Sequence record: PZ166176.1
DNA length: 64,000 nucleotides
Reading direction: 5' to 3' (one strand)
Source: a phage
Of this stretch, positions 46,825-56,570 are shown piece by piece. The notes beneath the pieces were generated by a model. That model saw nothing but the letters and a program-made list of their open reading frames with translations. It searched no databases and was not told the origin of the DNA. Made by a program: the position numbers and the translations under genes. The first letter of the stretch is position 1. Each line of letters starts with the position of its first letter.

Positions 46825-47430
46825 TTAAGCCCACCATGCGTCTAAGTTAAGATTACTGTCCACTACCACTTGTTCTATGTGGTAGCCTTTTATCTGTATC
46901 CCACTGTTCAAGAGCATATCATACGCTTCATTGAAACGCAACTTATCTTCTGCGGAATATAAGCGAGCATTATAAAATCGGTAATCAATTTCTTCAGCAT
47001 TAGAAGAAATACGGAAGAAGTTTGTTTCTACTTCGGGATCACTTGCTGAAGTCTTAATGTGAACTTCTCCGTAATTTTCTTTACTTAGATCCATGAAAAG
47101 AACACAGGCAACATGTTTAAACATTCGTTCCAGTTTGTAACGAACAACATTGAAACCTGCATTCTCAAGTTTTTCTACACACTGCAACATTAAAGTAGTG
47201 TCGAGATCGCTTTGATACTTTGTTAACATACGATCACGTTGAGACTTTGTATCCCGATATAAATCAATTGTTGTGCATTTGGCACCAATAATCTTAGCTG
47301 CTTTCATCAACTCTTCAGAACTAACGTTAGATAAAGTAAGATGAAAATGGGCTTTCCACACTTTTTTAGCAGGGACACCAAAAGAGTTATCTCCGCTGTT
47401 CGGCATGTTGACTACTACACTATGTTGCAT
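46825..47430 (-). CDS. hypothetical protein
   Basis: 201 aa ORF translationally coupled to the HAD gene; no motif assigned. Confidence 0.45.
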   Translation of the reverse strand: MQHSVVVNMPNSGDNSFGVPAKKVWKAHFHLTLSNVSSEELMKAAKIIGAKCTTIDLYRDTKSQRDRMLTKYQSDLDTTLMLQCVEKLENAGFNVVRYKLERMFKHVACVLFMDLSKENYGEVHIKTSASDPEVETNFFRISSNAEEIDYRFYNARLYSAEDKLRFNEAYDMLLNSGIQIKGYHIEQVVVDSNLNLDAWWA

Positions 47431-47445
47431 TACTTATCTCCTCAC

Positions 47446-47637
47446 TTAAAATGGAAGTCTTTGAAGTTCATCTCCTCCGATATCAAGTAATTTAGCAACA
47501 TCTCGATCAGAAAGCAACTCTTTTCTTTGTAAAATATCCACAAGGGTTGCAAGAATCTCCTTAACGTCCCGATCACTGTTCTTCAACAGTTCTCCTGCCG
47601 TCCCTACTCTATCTCCTACAGCAAAATATGTAACCAT
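47446..47637 (-). CDS. hypothetical small protein
   Basis: Start moved to the ATG 4 nt after AGGAGG (track start overlaps nrdG). Confidence 0.4.
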   Translation of the reverse strand: MVTYFAVGDRVGTAGELLKNSDRDVKEILATLVDILQRKELLSDRDVAKLLDIGGDELQRLPF

Positions 47638-47650
47638 GAAACCTCCTAAG

Positions 47651-48121
47651 TTAATCTGATTGCCAACCACTTGCCGTTTTGGTCCATAATCTTTGATTAT
47701 CTGACCCTCTGAAAGGTTTTGTAGTTGGATTGTTTATTTCGTACTTTCCGTCTACAATAATGTCAACAAGATTTTTAATATACAAAGGCACTTCCTCAAA
47801 AGTATATCCTGTATACACCATTATATCTTTGCTTGACCCATAAACATCTCTAACCTTTTCTATAAGGCTTTTAACATTGTGAATATTCTGTGGATCTAAT
47901 GGTTCTCCTCCTAAAATTGTTAAACCTTTTACAAATGGTCTTGACAAATCTTTTAAAACTTGCTCTACATTTTCATCAGTAAACGGTTTCCCATAAGAAT
48001 AAGACCAGGCTTTCTGGTTAAAACAGCCACGACAACCGTGGCTACAACCGCTAACCCAGAGGGAGCACCTAACTCCCTCGCCATTAATAAGATCTACAGG
48101 TTCATATCCTGCAAAATTCAA
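47651..48121 (-). CDS. nrdG: anaerobic ribonucleotide reductase activating protein (radical SAM)
   Basis: 156 aa; CSHGCRGC radical-SAM cluster motif; directly downstream of nrdD. Confidence 0.8.
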   Translation of the reverse strand: MNFAGYEPVDLINGEGVRCSLWVSGCSHGCRGCFNQKAWSYSYGKPFTDENVEQVLKDLSRPFVKGLTILGGEPLDPQNIHNVKSLIEKVRDVYGSSKDIMVYTGYTFEEVPLYIKNLVDIIVDGKYEINNPTTKPFRGSDNQRLWTKTASGWQSD

Positions 48122-49932
48122 AGATGTTTCTCCCTTTGCAAAACTTCCTGCATTTTACCTTTGTTGTAAGGGCGTGAATTGGGGGCAGAAAGATACCCTG
48201 ACACACGTCTAACTACAGAAATAGTTTCTTCTTCATGGTTGCCACAATCAGGACACTCAAACCCTTTAGCCGTTGCCTTAAATTCTCCATGAAAACCACA
48301 CTTAAAGCATTGATCCACGGGCTGATTAATACCAAAATAGTGAATATGTTCATAAGCGTAGTCTACTAAAGTCTCCAAAGCTTCTAAGTTATTCTTTAAG
48401 TTTGGTGTTTCGACATAACTTATGTTACCGCCATTACTAATCTGTGCAAAACCTGCTTCATAATCCCATTTTTCAAAAGGATTTGTTACCAACCATACAG
48501 GTTGATGAAAAGAGTTAGTAAGATAATCTCTTTCTACCAGACCTGGATATTTTTCATTTAAAGCTGTTGCAAACTTATAGCACAAGGATTCTGCCGGAGT
48601 TCCATAGAGACTAAATGCCAGCTTAGATCGCTCTTTAAACACAGCACACACATCTTTCATATGTTGCAGAATGTTTTTACCTAGCTCCTTTTTATCTTTT
48701 TCTTCTGGATAAAGGATTTCCAAAGCTTCAGCAAGACCTACATAACCAATACTAATAGAAGCATAACCATCTTCAAACAAAACACCAATTTCATCGTTGG
48801 TATTTAAACGCGCTAAAGCCCCTTCCATGAAAAGAATAGGGTTTTCAGATGCTTTGGTATGTTTAATACGGTTTACACGTAACATGTGAGCATCGTAGGC
48901 TATCTCCATATGTTTATTAAGGAGGTCGGTGAAAGATTCTCCTTTACTTCTCGCTTCCGCAGCAATCAGAGGCAAGTTGATAGAAACTACTCCAAGGTTG
49001 AATCGTCCATCATATTTTTCTCCTTGTTCGGTGGCATAGTACGACAAAAAGGAGCGACAACCCATACTCGTAACAGTACCATCTGCTGATCCCGTAACTT
49101 CTTTGTTCAAAGGAACAGAAATAAAATCTGGATAAATGCGATCAGCACAACATGCCAAAGCTTGTTGCTTAAGGTCATAGTTAGGATCACTAGGTTTCAT
49201 GTTAACACCTTCTTGTAAAAAGAAAATAACTTTAGGAAATACAGGTGTTACATGATCTTTGCCTAGACCATTACTATGCACTTTAAGATAGTTAGCTGTG
49301 ATCATTCTGCCAAAAACAGAGGTATCCAGACCCATACTGATTGTAATAAAAGGAGATTGTCCATTTACACTCATTAAAGTATTAACCTGATACAAGAGAG
49401 TTTGCATAGCATCATATACATCTTGTTCGGTCATTTCTAGGGCTTCTTTCCTTGCATAACAACCGTAGCGACGTTTAGTTATCTCCATGTTTTTAAGGAA
49501 ACTAGCTTCAACATAAGGACTAAGACCTTTATCAATGTGCGCACACGTCTGACCTCCATACTGACTGGAGGCAACAGCTTGAATGATTTGAGTTAGCACT
49601 GTAGTAGCTACCCCAATAGATTTTGGTTTTTCTATTTGTGCGGCTCCGATCTTAAAACCATTCTCTAGCATATCTTGATAATTAACAAGACAACAGTTTG
49701 TAAGAGGAGAGAGTAGATAATCCAAGTCGTGAATATGTCCAAAACCTTCTGTATGCCATTCTGACAAGTTTTTTGGCAGTATCTGTGTCATTGCCATATG
49801 TTTGCTTAAAATCCCCGCCAAGAGATCCCTGTGCGTGTTAACGAGGTGGGAAGGTTTGTTTGCATTCTCTCTAGTGTATGTTTCTGAAGTGCGATCTAAA
49901 AAAGAAAAAACATCTTGGTACAAATCTTTCAT
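48118..49932 (-). CDS. nrdD: anaerobic ribonucleoside-triphosphate reductase
   Basis: 604 aa; C-terminal zinc ribbon (CFKCGFHGEF...CPDCGN) and glycyl-radical motif RRVSGYLS. Confidence 0.85.
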   Translation of the reverse strand: MKDLYQDVFSFLDRTSETYTRENANKPSHLVNTHRDLLAGILSKHMAMTQILPKNLSEWHTEGFGHIHDLDYLLSPLTNCCLVNYQDMLENGFKIGAAQIEKPKSIGVATTVLTQIIQAVASSQYGGQTCAHIDKGLSPYVEASFLKNMEITKRRYGCYARKEALEMTEQDVYDAMQTLLYQVNTLMSVNGQSPFITISMGLDTSVFGRMITANYLKVHSNGLGKDHVTPVFPKVIFFLQEGVNMKPSDPNYDLKQQALACCADRIYPDFISVPLNKEVTGSADGTVTSMGCRSFLSYYATEQGEKYDGRFNLGVVSINLPLIAAEARSKGESFTDLLNKHMEIAYDAHMLRVNRIKHTKASENPILFMEGALARLNTNDEIGVLFEDGYASISIGYVGLAEALEILYPEEKDKKELGKNILQHMKDVCAVFKERSKLAFSLYGTPAESLCYKFATALNEKYPGLVERDYLTNSFHQPVWLVTNPFEKWDYEAGFAQISNGGNISYVETPNLKNNLEALETLVDYAYEHIHYFGINQPVDQCFKCGFHGEFKATAKGFECPDCGNHEEETISVVRRVSGYLSAPNSRPYNKGKMQEVLQREKHL

Positions 49933-49994
49933 TATTAATCCTTATTTTGTGAGTAGAACTATTATTCTACCTCTTCCAACCGAAAAAAGCTTTG

Positions 49995-50028
49995 AGGAAA
50001 ATCAAAAAAGGCGCAAAGTGCGCCTTTA
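49995..50028 (-). terminator. rho-independent terminator
   Basis: AAAGGCGCA-CTTT-GCGCCTTT hairpin followed on the - strand by TTTTTTGATTTT, between the stop at 50033 and nrdD. Confidence 0.65.
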
Positions 50029-50032
50029 AGTT

Positions 50033-51382
50033 TTATTGTTTGGAGAGGAATTGTCTTCCCATGATCTTACCGTTCTTTACAGCGGTCCCATCATGTCCAT
50101 TATAATCCCAAGTTCCATCGATATTACGCAAGAAGCTATCACGAACAGTGTAGGCTTTACCGTTCTCTATTTTACTTTCTTCCACAATGATCGCCATAAC
50201 AAGCTTATTTTCAATTTCGGTAGTAACCGATTCTTTGATACCCTCTGTAACTTCACGATCATATTGGATATAAACTCGCTCCTCAGTCACTTGCACGTCT
50301 ACCACATTTTTAAATGTGTAGGTCTGTTGTGTAGTGTAGAGGACACGAACGACACTCTTCTTACCTACTGGCGGCTTCTGACGACGTTTGCGGTAACGTG
50401 GAGACGGGTTAAGTTTAATATAACCTACAATGTCTGATCCATCTCCAGAGTGGCTCCAATAAAGTGTCTCTGCCGACAAACCTTTTCCTTGGTCCCCATT
50501 TCGAAAAAGAACATCAACAGGACCATCACAAGGGCGTTTACCTCCGATGTGGGCTTGGTATTTTGCTGTTCTTGGGAGAACAAAATATTCTTCAATCTGC
50601 CATTCACTATCGTATTTCTCCCATTCAAAGTGGTTGGCTTTGCATACTTCTAAAACACCATTTTTGTAACGGACTTGAACAAAGTCCTCACAAGGTTGAA
50701 TACCTGTATTAGGAATATAGGTAGGCTCTGTGTCTTCTGGTTCAAAAGTCTCTTTTTGTTGTTCCACATCTTCCACTTTTCTTACATGTTTAGTATAAAA
50801 CATATCTTTAAACTCCTGTGCTTCAACCTCAACTGCAAATTCATGTTCTCTGACAGCCGGAGGCACAAGGCTTCCACACTCAAGATGTAGGGCATCCAGA
50901 CCTGCCATTTTATCGTAAAAGATAACTTTTCGATACTTCTTACCGTCTTCTGGGATAGCAGGGTCTACTCGTTTAAGACGGGAAGCATCGTTTTTAGTCC
51001 AAAAACTCTTCCCTGTTGTATTATTGAAAGTAGTAATCATTTCTCCAATTTCTTCTTCAGAAAGGTTACTAGTGTCTGTGTAAACATCTTCAATTTTTAG
51101 CATTTTAGTTTTCTTAAAAATTAAATCTAGCATTGCATCTCCTGTAAAACGTAGTTCATTATCTCCTACTGTCGGCTCTCCAGAAAATTCATCGGTCCCG
51201 ACTGTGTGACAGATGTATGGAAAATTTGTGCAACCGTGTAAAAGAGCATATTGTCCTGTAAGTTTAGGATCTGTCTCTTTAGTCCAACCATATGCAATCT
51301 CAATAGCTTTGCAAAGCCTATCGAACAAGCCCCGATTGTTTGCCGCTGTTACCAAATCTTGCTTATGTGCATATACATTCAT
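50033..51382 (-). CDS. hypothetical protein
   Basis: 449 aa ORF; no confident motif. Confidence 0.5.
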   Translation of the reverse strand: MNVYAHKQDLVTAANNRGLFDRLCKAIEIAYGWTKETDPKLTGQYALLHGCTNFPYICHTVGTDEFSGEPTVGDNELRFTGDAMLDLIFKKTKMLKIEDVYTDTSNLSEEEIGEMITTFNNTTGKSFWTKNDASRLKRVDPAIPEDGKKYRKVIFYDKMAGLDALHLECGSLVPPAVREHEFAVEVEAQEFKDMFYTKHVRKVEDVEQQKETFEPEDTEPTYIPNTGIQPCEDFVQVRYKNGVLEVCKANHFEWEKYDSEWQIEEYFVLPRTAKYQAHIGGKRPCDGPVDVLFRNGDQGKGLSAETLYWSHSGDGSDIVGYIKLNPSPRYRKRRQKPPVGKKSVVRVLYTTQQTYTFKNVVDVQVTEERVYIQYDREVTEGIKESVTTEIENKLVMAIIVEESKIENGKAYTVRDSFLRNIDGTWDYNGHDGTAVKNGKIMGRQFLSKQ

Positions 51383-51933
51383 AATAACCCTCCTCGTTTT
51401 ATTGCAATAGATGCCCTAGGCTCTGCGATACCAGTGGCGTATAAATATGGATGACCTTGTGGAGAAGTTCTCATCCCAAACGAACCTAATTCTAACCCAT
51501 ACATATCTTCCACGTCAAGACCAATATCTGTCTCTATGATTTGAGTTTGAACTTTGTAATACGTCCAAAAGAAATAGCGCATAGTTTCGGCATATTCTTT
51601 GACGGACGCTCCTGGATAAAACTCAATAATTTCCAACTTTAAGAAAATGTTAAAATGAGCATCATCTAACTCTTCTTCTGTTCGGTAGCAAGGTGTTAGA
51701 GCCATATAAGGATGATCTGTTGAAAATTCAAACCCATCTTTCTCCATCTGGAGGAAAGACTGCTCTGCACTGGCTACGTAGAACTTACCATTAGGATGCC
51801 CCAAGGGGCGATCCTCTTTACCTTCTGGTAATGTATATGCAAGGATATCCGCATCTACAAGATAAGGGACTTCCAACATCTCCGCAAATCGCCCGTAGTA
51901 ATCAATAGCTTGAGCAATAACAGCTACGTTCAT
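51379..51933 (-). CDS. hypothetical protein
   Basis: 184 aa ORF, ATGA-coupled. Confidence 0.45.
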   Translation of the reverse strand: MNVAVIAQAIDYYGRFAEMLEVPYLVDADILAYTLPEGKEDRPLGHPNGKFYVASAEQSFLQMEKDGFEFSTDHPYMALTPCYRTEEELDDAHFNIFLKLEIIEFYPGASVKEYAETMRYFFWTYYKVQTQIIETDIGLDVEDMYGLELGSFGMRTSPQGHPYLYATGIAEPRASIAIKRGGLL

Positions 51934-52181
51934 GATCTTCCTCCTGTGCGGAAAGCGCGTTTAGTAATGTTGGACATAATGATTAAGTCTTGTAAAGTCA
52001 TATCTGGGAACTGTTGTTCTAAAACTCCCTCGACAGCACCTATAATATCTGATAATTCCACAAGTTGCATTATTTTGCAATCCTGTTCAACAGCATCAAA
52101 AAGTTCTTCTACTTCCTCTTTAATCTTTTCTATGCTGCCATAAGGTTGTTTCTTAATGTCTGTTATGTGATACCCCGCCAT
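51930..52181 (-). CDS. hypothetical protein
   Basis: 83 aa acidic helical ORF. Confidence 0.4.
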   Translation of the reverse strand: MAGYHITDIKKQPYGSIEKIKEEVEELFDAVEQDCKIMQLVELSDIIGAVEGVLEQQFPDMTLQDLIIMSNITKRAFRTGGRS

Positions 52182-53774
52182 TTAACGATCCTCTCTGATT
52201 TGATTAATCTTACGAGCAAGGGCAGCTATAAGCTTATCTTCTTCGGATACAGGAGCCGTGCTCTTACCTAAACGATGCATGTCTAGAATCTCTTGAACAG
52301 TCCGGTTCCATTGTAGACATTTAATACAACGTGTATGTGCAACATACAGAAGATTTCGTTCTGATTCTTCAAGACCTACCCATTCACCCTTCTTATCATA
52401 ATTAGAAGGGAAGTCATTTGCAACAATAACCTGATCCCATTCCAAACCTTTTGATTTGTGGGCTGTAGTTAAAGTAACTTTAGCCGTTGGAGAGTTACGG
52501 TGCATACGTAAAGTGTATGCAATATTATTAGCTTTACCAGAAACAACAATGTTTAAAAGTCGTTTTGCATCAGGATCTGATTCTGCACACTCTACAAATT
52601 CTTCCCAAGAAGTGTAAGGTAGAACTGTCTCATGCTTAACTTTGTCCAAATCACCTCTACGTAAAGCATTAACACTATCAACCATAGAAATGAAATCTTT
52701 GGTATCTACGTTAATAATAATCTCTTCTCCGTTAGCGATTCGATCCATAGCTTCGAGCAACAGGGTCAAATTCTTACGGAAAATAATGGTGTAAGGTTTA
52801 CTATAATCTACCACATCAGAATGAAAACTTCCAGTGACAGTATCATAACCTTTGCCTACCAGCGGATGCTTCAGAGGTGAGCGATCAGAAAGGATCGCAT
52901 TAGCAATGTCCGCAACTTTAGGACCAAAGCGAAAACAAGCTGTCAGAGGCAACTCAACCCCATATGTAGCCGTTTGCTTCATCATGTTCTGGCTTCCACG
53001 GAACTGATAAATACTCTGAAATTCATCACCCACAACAACAATACGTTTAGCCGATTTAGCATTGCGAAGGATAGACAGGAATGCAGGGTTAACATCCTGG
53101 AATTCATCTCCAAAAATAATATCGTATCCTAAATCTTCTTTACTCAATTCAAAGAGTTTCACATAGGTGTCATGAGTCATAATGGTTTCTGATTTAGGAT
53201 CAATACGCTCACGCCAAAGTTGCTTCGCATATTTAACAACTTCGTTAATAAGTTTTTGTTCGTTGATGTTCTTACGTTTAAGATCTGACATATACACTTT
53301 AGGAAAATGTTTATGTCCAATATGTTCATCGTCAGAAAACTCATATTTAGCTAAAGTTTGTTTTACCATTAACCCGATCATTGCACGAGTCAGTAGCACT
53401 TTACCATTCTTATCAATCAAATTCTGAATCTTGAATTTTTTGGCAATCTCACTACCAGTTCCAGCTACGTTAACATATTGACCTTCTGGACGAGACAATT
53501 TGTGTCGAAGGTTTTGTGGAAGACGCTGGTAACAGATTGAATGTAGCGTTCGGCACATAACGTTAGGCGGCATTTTACGTCGAGCTTCCTCTGCCATACT
53601 TTTGTTAAACGCCAAATATAGAATACTATCATTTGTGCCATTAGCCAACATATATAGTGTTGACGTTTTACCTGATCCAGATTTAGCTTGAATTGTAACG
53701 AAACGATTTTCTTTATACCCGCTTTCAATAGCGTATTGTTCCTCGGTAGGTGTAAAACTCAATTGTGTAGACAC
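52182..53774 (-). CDS. UvrD/Rep-family (SF1) DNA helicase
   Basis: 530 aa; Walker A AKSGSGKTST and motif II IIFGDEFQDVN. Confidence 0.7.
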   Translation of the reverse strand: MSTQLSFTPTEEQYAIESGYKENRFVTIQAKSGSGKTSTLYMLANGTNDSILYLAFNKSMAEEARRKMPPNVMCRTLHSICYQRLPQNLRHKLSRPEGQYVNVAGTGSEIAKKFKIQNLIDKNGKVLLTRAMIGLMVKQTLAKYEFSDDEHIGHKHFPKVYMSDLKRKNINEQKLINEVVKYAKQLWRERIDPKSETIMTHDTYVKLFELSKEDLGYDIIFGDEFQDVNPAFLSILRNAKSAKRIVVVGDEFQSIYQFRGSQNMMKQTATYGVELPLTACFRFGPKVADIANAILSDRSPLKHPLVGKGYDTVTGSFHSDVVDYSKPYTIIFRKNLTLLLEAMDRIANGEEIIINVDTKDFISMVDSVNALRRGDLDKVKHETVLPYTSWEEFVECAESDPDAKRLLNIVVSGKANNIAYTLRMHRNSPTAKVTLTTAHKSKGLEWDQVIVANDFPSNYDKKGEWVGLEESERNLLYVAHTRCIKCLQWNRTVQEILDMHRLGKSTAPVSEEDKLIAALARKINQIREDR

Positions 53775-53788
53775 GTATTTCTCCTCTC

Positions 53789-54304
53789 TTAATAAAAACT
53801 CTTGACAATCCTCATCATTTCCTTAGCTCTGCTGGCATAAGGTTCTTTTAGATTAGGTGGCAAATGTGCATTAATGTACCCCATTTGTTTTTCCCATGTC
53901 CACTTATCTTTAAATCTTGGCATGGTGTCTCCTGCTAAACTGTTTTCTTTTCGTGTTTGAATGATCCAATTACATGGAAAATGCACACCACCTTTACGGA
54001 AGGGAATATAATGTCCCAATGTGAATGCCTTATTGTTCTTTAAACGTCCAGCTAAATTAAGATTAACAATAAGACTACGAAACACGTAGTATTGATAAAG
54101 ATTGTCAACAGTATATACAGAGTAGTATGCTCTAAGTGCATTATCTCTACTAAGATTACCAACATCCAAACTGCACCAGTTTAAATTACTTGGATCGTAG
54201 TTGTGATTATCAATCCATTCTTCTCTTTCCTCAAATTCTGCATTAACAGCAGACTGCCCTGCTGTAGATACAAAAAGAGAATTTGCATCAAAGAACATAC
54301 TCAC
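53789..54304 (-). CDS. hypothetical protein
   Basis: 171 aa ORF. Confidence 0.45.
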   Translation of the reverse strand: MSMFFDANSLFVSTAGQSAVNAEFEEREEWIDNHNYDPSNLNWCSLDVGNLSRDNALRAYYSVYTVDNLYQYYVFRSLIVNLNLAGRLKNNKAFTLGHYIPFRKGGVHFPCNWIIQTRKENSLAGDTMPRFKDKWTWEKQMGYINAHLPPNLKEPYASRAKEMMRIVKSFY

Positions 54305-54311
54305 TCCCCCT

Positions 54312-54722
54312 TTAGTTTACATCGTTTAGAGCATTACCAATCTTTAAGATAATAACATCATTAAGAGCTTCTTCTCCATTAAGACCAGAGAAAGCAGGAG
54401 TAACGAAAGTTACCATATAATAATGGTCTTCTTGTAGGATTGCGATAACGCCGTCTAGTTTAACATCTCCTGTGAAACGAAAAACTTTCAACTTTTGTTC
54501 TAAAGGAAGATCTCCTTCAACATTTAAAACCATATCTCCGACACCAAACTTTTCTGCCCCGATGTAGATGTAAGCTTGGTCATCTTTTTTATGATAATAC
54601 AATGTTGCTTGTTTGTCTTGTAGTGTTGTGATACCAAACACATCTACATCAATAATATTTTTCAAAAATTCTCCTCCCAAATCCAATAATTGTCTACATA
54701 AGTAGGATGCCTTTTGTCCCAC
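54312..54722 (-). CDS. hypothetical protein
   Basis: 136 aa ORF; start uncertain (track start overlaps the upstream gene by 61 nt). Confidence 0.4.
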   Translation of the reverse strand: MGQKASYLCRQLLDLGGEFLKNIIDVDVFGITTLQDKQATLYYHKKDDQAYIYIGAEKFGVGDMVLNVEGDLPLEQKLKVFRFTGDVKLDGVIAILQEDHYYMVTFVTPAFSGLNGEEALNDVIILKIGNALNDVN

Positions 54723-55030
54723 TCTTTTCTAGCCCAAGCTACGGCTGCTACCAATACATCTCCATGACAAGGTTGAGGCGAGCAGAAGCAAACTAAATCT
54801 TTTCCTTCTAACTCTAATAAATCTTCAAGAGTGATCTTACCACAACGAATTTGCTCCCACAACCACTCTTTATACCTTTGTATGGTTGATCCTCGTGGTT
54901 CATCATCTTTTAACTTAAAAGGATTTGCAAACTTAGAGGCTTTTAGTCCCATATGTGGCATTGCTCTACCAATATAAACAGCACCCTCTGGGATTGTTTT
55001 GCCTAAATGGTAAAAGTTTAATACCTTCAT
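54662..55030 (-). CDS. conserved small protein with Cys/His motif (possibly DUF4326-like)
   Basis: 122 aa; KFANPF...YKEWLWEQI...GKDLVCFCSPQPCHGDVL. Confidence 0.45.
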   Translation of the reverse strand: MKVLNFYHLGKTIPEGAVYIGRAMPHMGLKASKFANPFKLKDDEPRGSTIQRYKEWLWEQIRCGKITLEDLLELEGKDLVCFCSPQPCHGDVLVAAVAWARKEWDKRHPTYVDNYWIWEENF

Positions 55031-55031
55031 A

Positions 55032-55394
55032 TTAACCTAAACACATACGTGCGATCAGACCCTGGATGAGTTTATCTGCTTCTTCGCGATCATAGTCGGT
55101 ATCTTCTATACCACCATCTTCGTCACGATAAACTTTACCTTCTAGGTACCCAGCATCGATCAAACCAATAATCAAATCGAACTGCCAGCAAGAGTTACCG
55201 AAAGGGCGTTTTCCACTGAAGCTATCTTCTTCTTCCCAAAGTGTAGAGAGCAGTCGTCTGAAATATTCACGCACAGTAACAGTGCCAAGATCATCGTCTT
55301 CAAAAACAACATCTAAAGCATCCGGTTCAGCTTTCTCTACAACAGGCACATAACGTTGACCATTAATAACAACATCTACGATTGTTTCTCTCAT
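55032..55394 (-). CDS. hypothetical acidic protein
   Basis: 120 aa ORF. Confidence 0.45.
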   Translation of the reverse strand: MRETIVDVVINGQRYVPVVEKAEPDALDVVFEDDDLGTVTVREYFRRLLSTLWEEEDSFSGKRPFGNSCWQFDLIIGLIDAGYLEGKVYRDEDGGIEDTDYDREEADKLIQGLIARMCLG

Positions 55395-55753
55395 TTTTCC
55401 TCCTTTTTGTATTCAATGAACATATCTGCATAGTAAGCTTTACGTTCTTCAAATTTAGCAGGGTTTACCACAATGAACAACACCTTTCTATTGTCTTGTG
55501 GTTCTTTGACTGTAATATATAAATCTTTTGTGCAATAGAAACCTGTGGCTTTGTAAGCGTCACCCCAATTATCCACTCCACGATCTATACGATCAAACTT
55601 GCAGTTATACTTTTTATCATCCGCCTGGTAGACAGCTTCACCACCATACCAAGTGAAGAATTGGCTACCTTCCACCCCAATCTTGAAACCATCACGAGCG
55701 GCTGTAGCATTGGTGGCAATCATCAACATCAGGACACAAAGTAGCTTTTTCAT
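55391..55753 (-). CDS. secreted/periplasmic protein
   Basis: 120 aa; N-terminal signal peptide MKKLLCVLMLMIATNATAA. Confidence 0.5.
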   Translation of the reverse strand: MKKLLCVLMLMIATNATAARDGFKIGVEGSQFFTWYGGEAVYQADDKKYNCKFDRIDRGVDNWGDAYKATGFYCTKDLYITVKEPQDNRKVLFIVVNPAKFEERKAYYADMFIEYKKEEK

Positions 55754-56059
55754 TTAGAATTCCTCTTCAGTCTTCTGTCGGTTTTTGAAGAATACTACGT
55801 CATATACCTCTCCGTAACCATCGTTTACACAGAACATAATAAAACGATCATCTTCTGCTGTTGGTGCGCGATGTTCAAGTTCAAAACTTTCAATAAAACC
55901 GCGTGAATTTACGTAGTAGATTTCATCCTCACCAGAGAACATCCAATCCCTGTCTATCAGATAGAAAGCTAAACTCACAGGCGACAACTCATCCTTCACA
56001 GAATCATTGTACAGCATGTGGGCTGCAACTGCCAAACTTAAAGTCGTATTGTGCTGCAT
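55754..56059 (-). CDS. hypothetical protein (tandem paralogue A)
   Basis: 101 aa; shares LSLAV, YELEYRAP-x-EDD, IMF/YxVN-GxGE-x-VVF with 56059..56370. Confidence 0.45.
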   Translation of the reverse strand: MQHNTTLSLAVAAHMLYNDSVKDELSPVSLAFYLIDRDWMFSGEDEIYYVNSRGFIESFELEHRAPTAEDDRFIMFCVNDGYGEVYDVVFFKNRQKTEEEF

Positions 56060-56370
56060 TACATCTCCTCGTCGGACTTCAAGGCTTTAGAGAATACTAC
56101 ATTAAACGTTTCACCGCAACCATTATTAACATAATACATGATGTAATTGTCATCTTCGTCTACAGGCGCACGATACTCCAGTTCATAACTGTATAAATTA
56201 GAGTCACTTGTGCAACCCTGTGGATACCAAAAGTAAAGTTCACCACAAGATTCTACCCACTTAAGACCAGTTCTATCTTCAAACACCAATGTAGAAGGAT
56301 TTTCTGAATCTTTCACAGCTTCTTCATACTGTTGATGTACCATGACTGCTAATGATAATGTACTCATCAC
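56059..56370 (-). CDS. hypothetical protein (tandem paralogue B)
   Basis: 103 aa; paralogue of 55754..56059. Confidence 0.45.
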   Translation of the reverse strand: MMSTLSLAVMVHQQYEEAVKDSENPSTLVFEDRTGLKWVESCGELYFWYPQGCTSDSNLYSYELEYRAPVDEDDNYIMYYVNNGCGETFNVVFSKALKSDEEM

Positions 56371-56570
56371 GCCTCCAAATAGTGTTTACAAATGACAAAA
56401 CGCCATGTTTGTTTATAATAGTCTCTTTTTTCAAGAGCCTCTTTGTAAGAGGGTATACGTTGCGACAGAAGCATCCATTCACAATCTGCACCCATTCTTC
56501 CATAAAGCGCGTAACGGATGTTACTTTGTTTATCTCCCATAAATGCCTCCTTAATCTTGTTTACAAGCAT
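56367..56570 (-). CDS. hypothetical small protein
   Basis: 67 aa ORF. Confidence 0.4.
   Translation of the reverse strand: MLVNKIKEAFMGDKQSNIRYALYGRMGADCEWMLLSQRIPSYKEALEKRDYYKQTWRFVICKHYLEA

Noticed and set aside
46825-47430. 2H phosphoesterase (LigT-like) assignment for the 201 aa protein
   Set aside because: One HLTL motif fits H-x-T-x but the second candidate (HIKT) does not match the paired H-x-T/S-x pattern; left as hypothetical.
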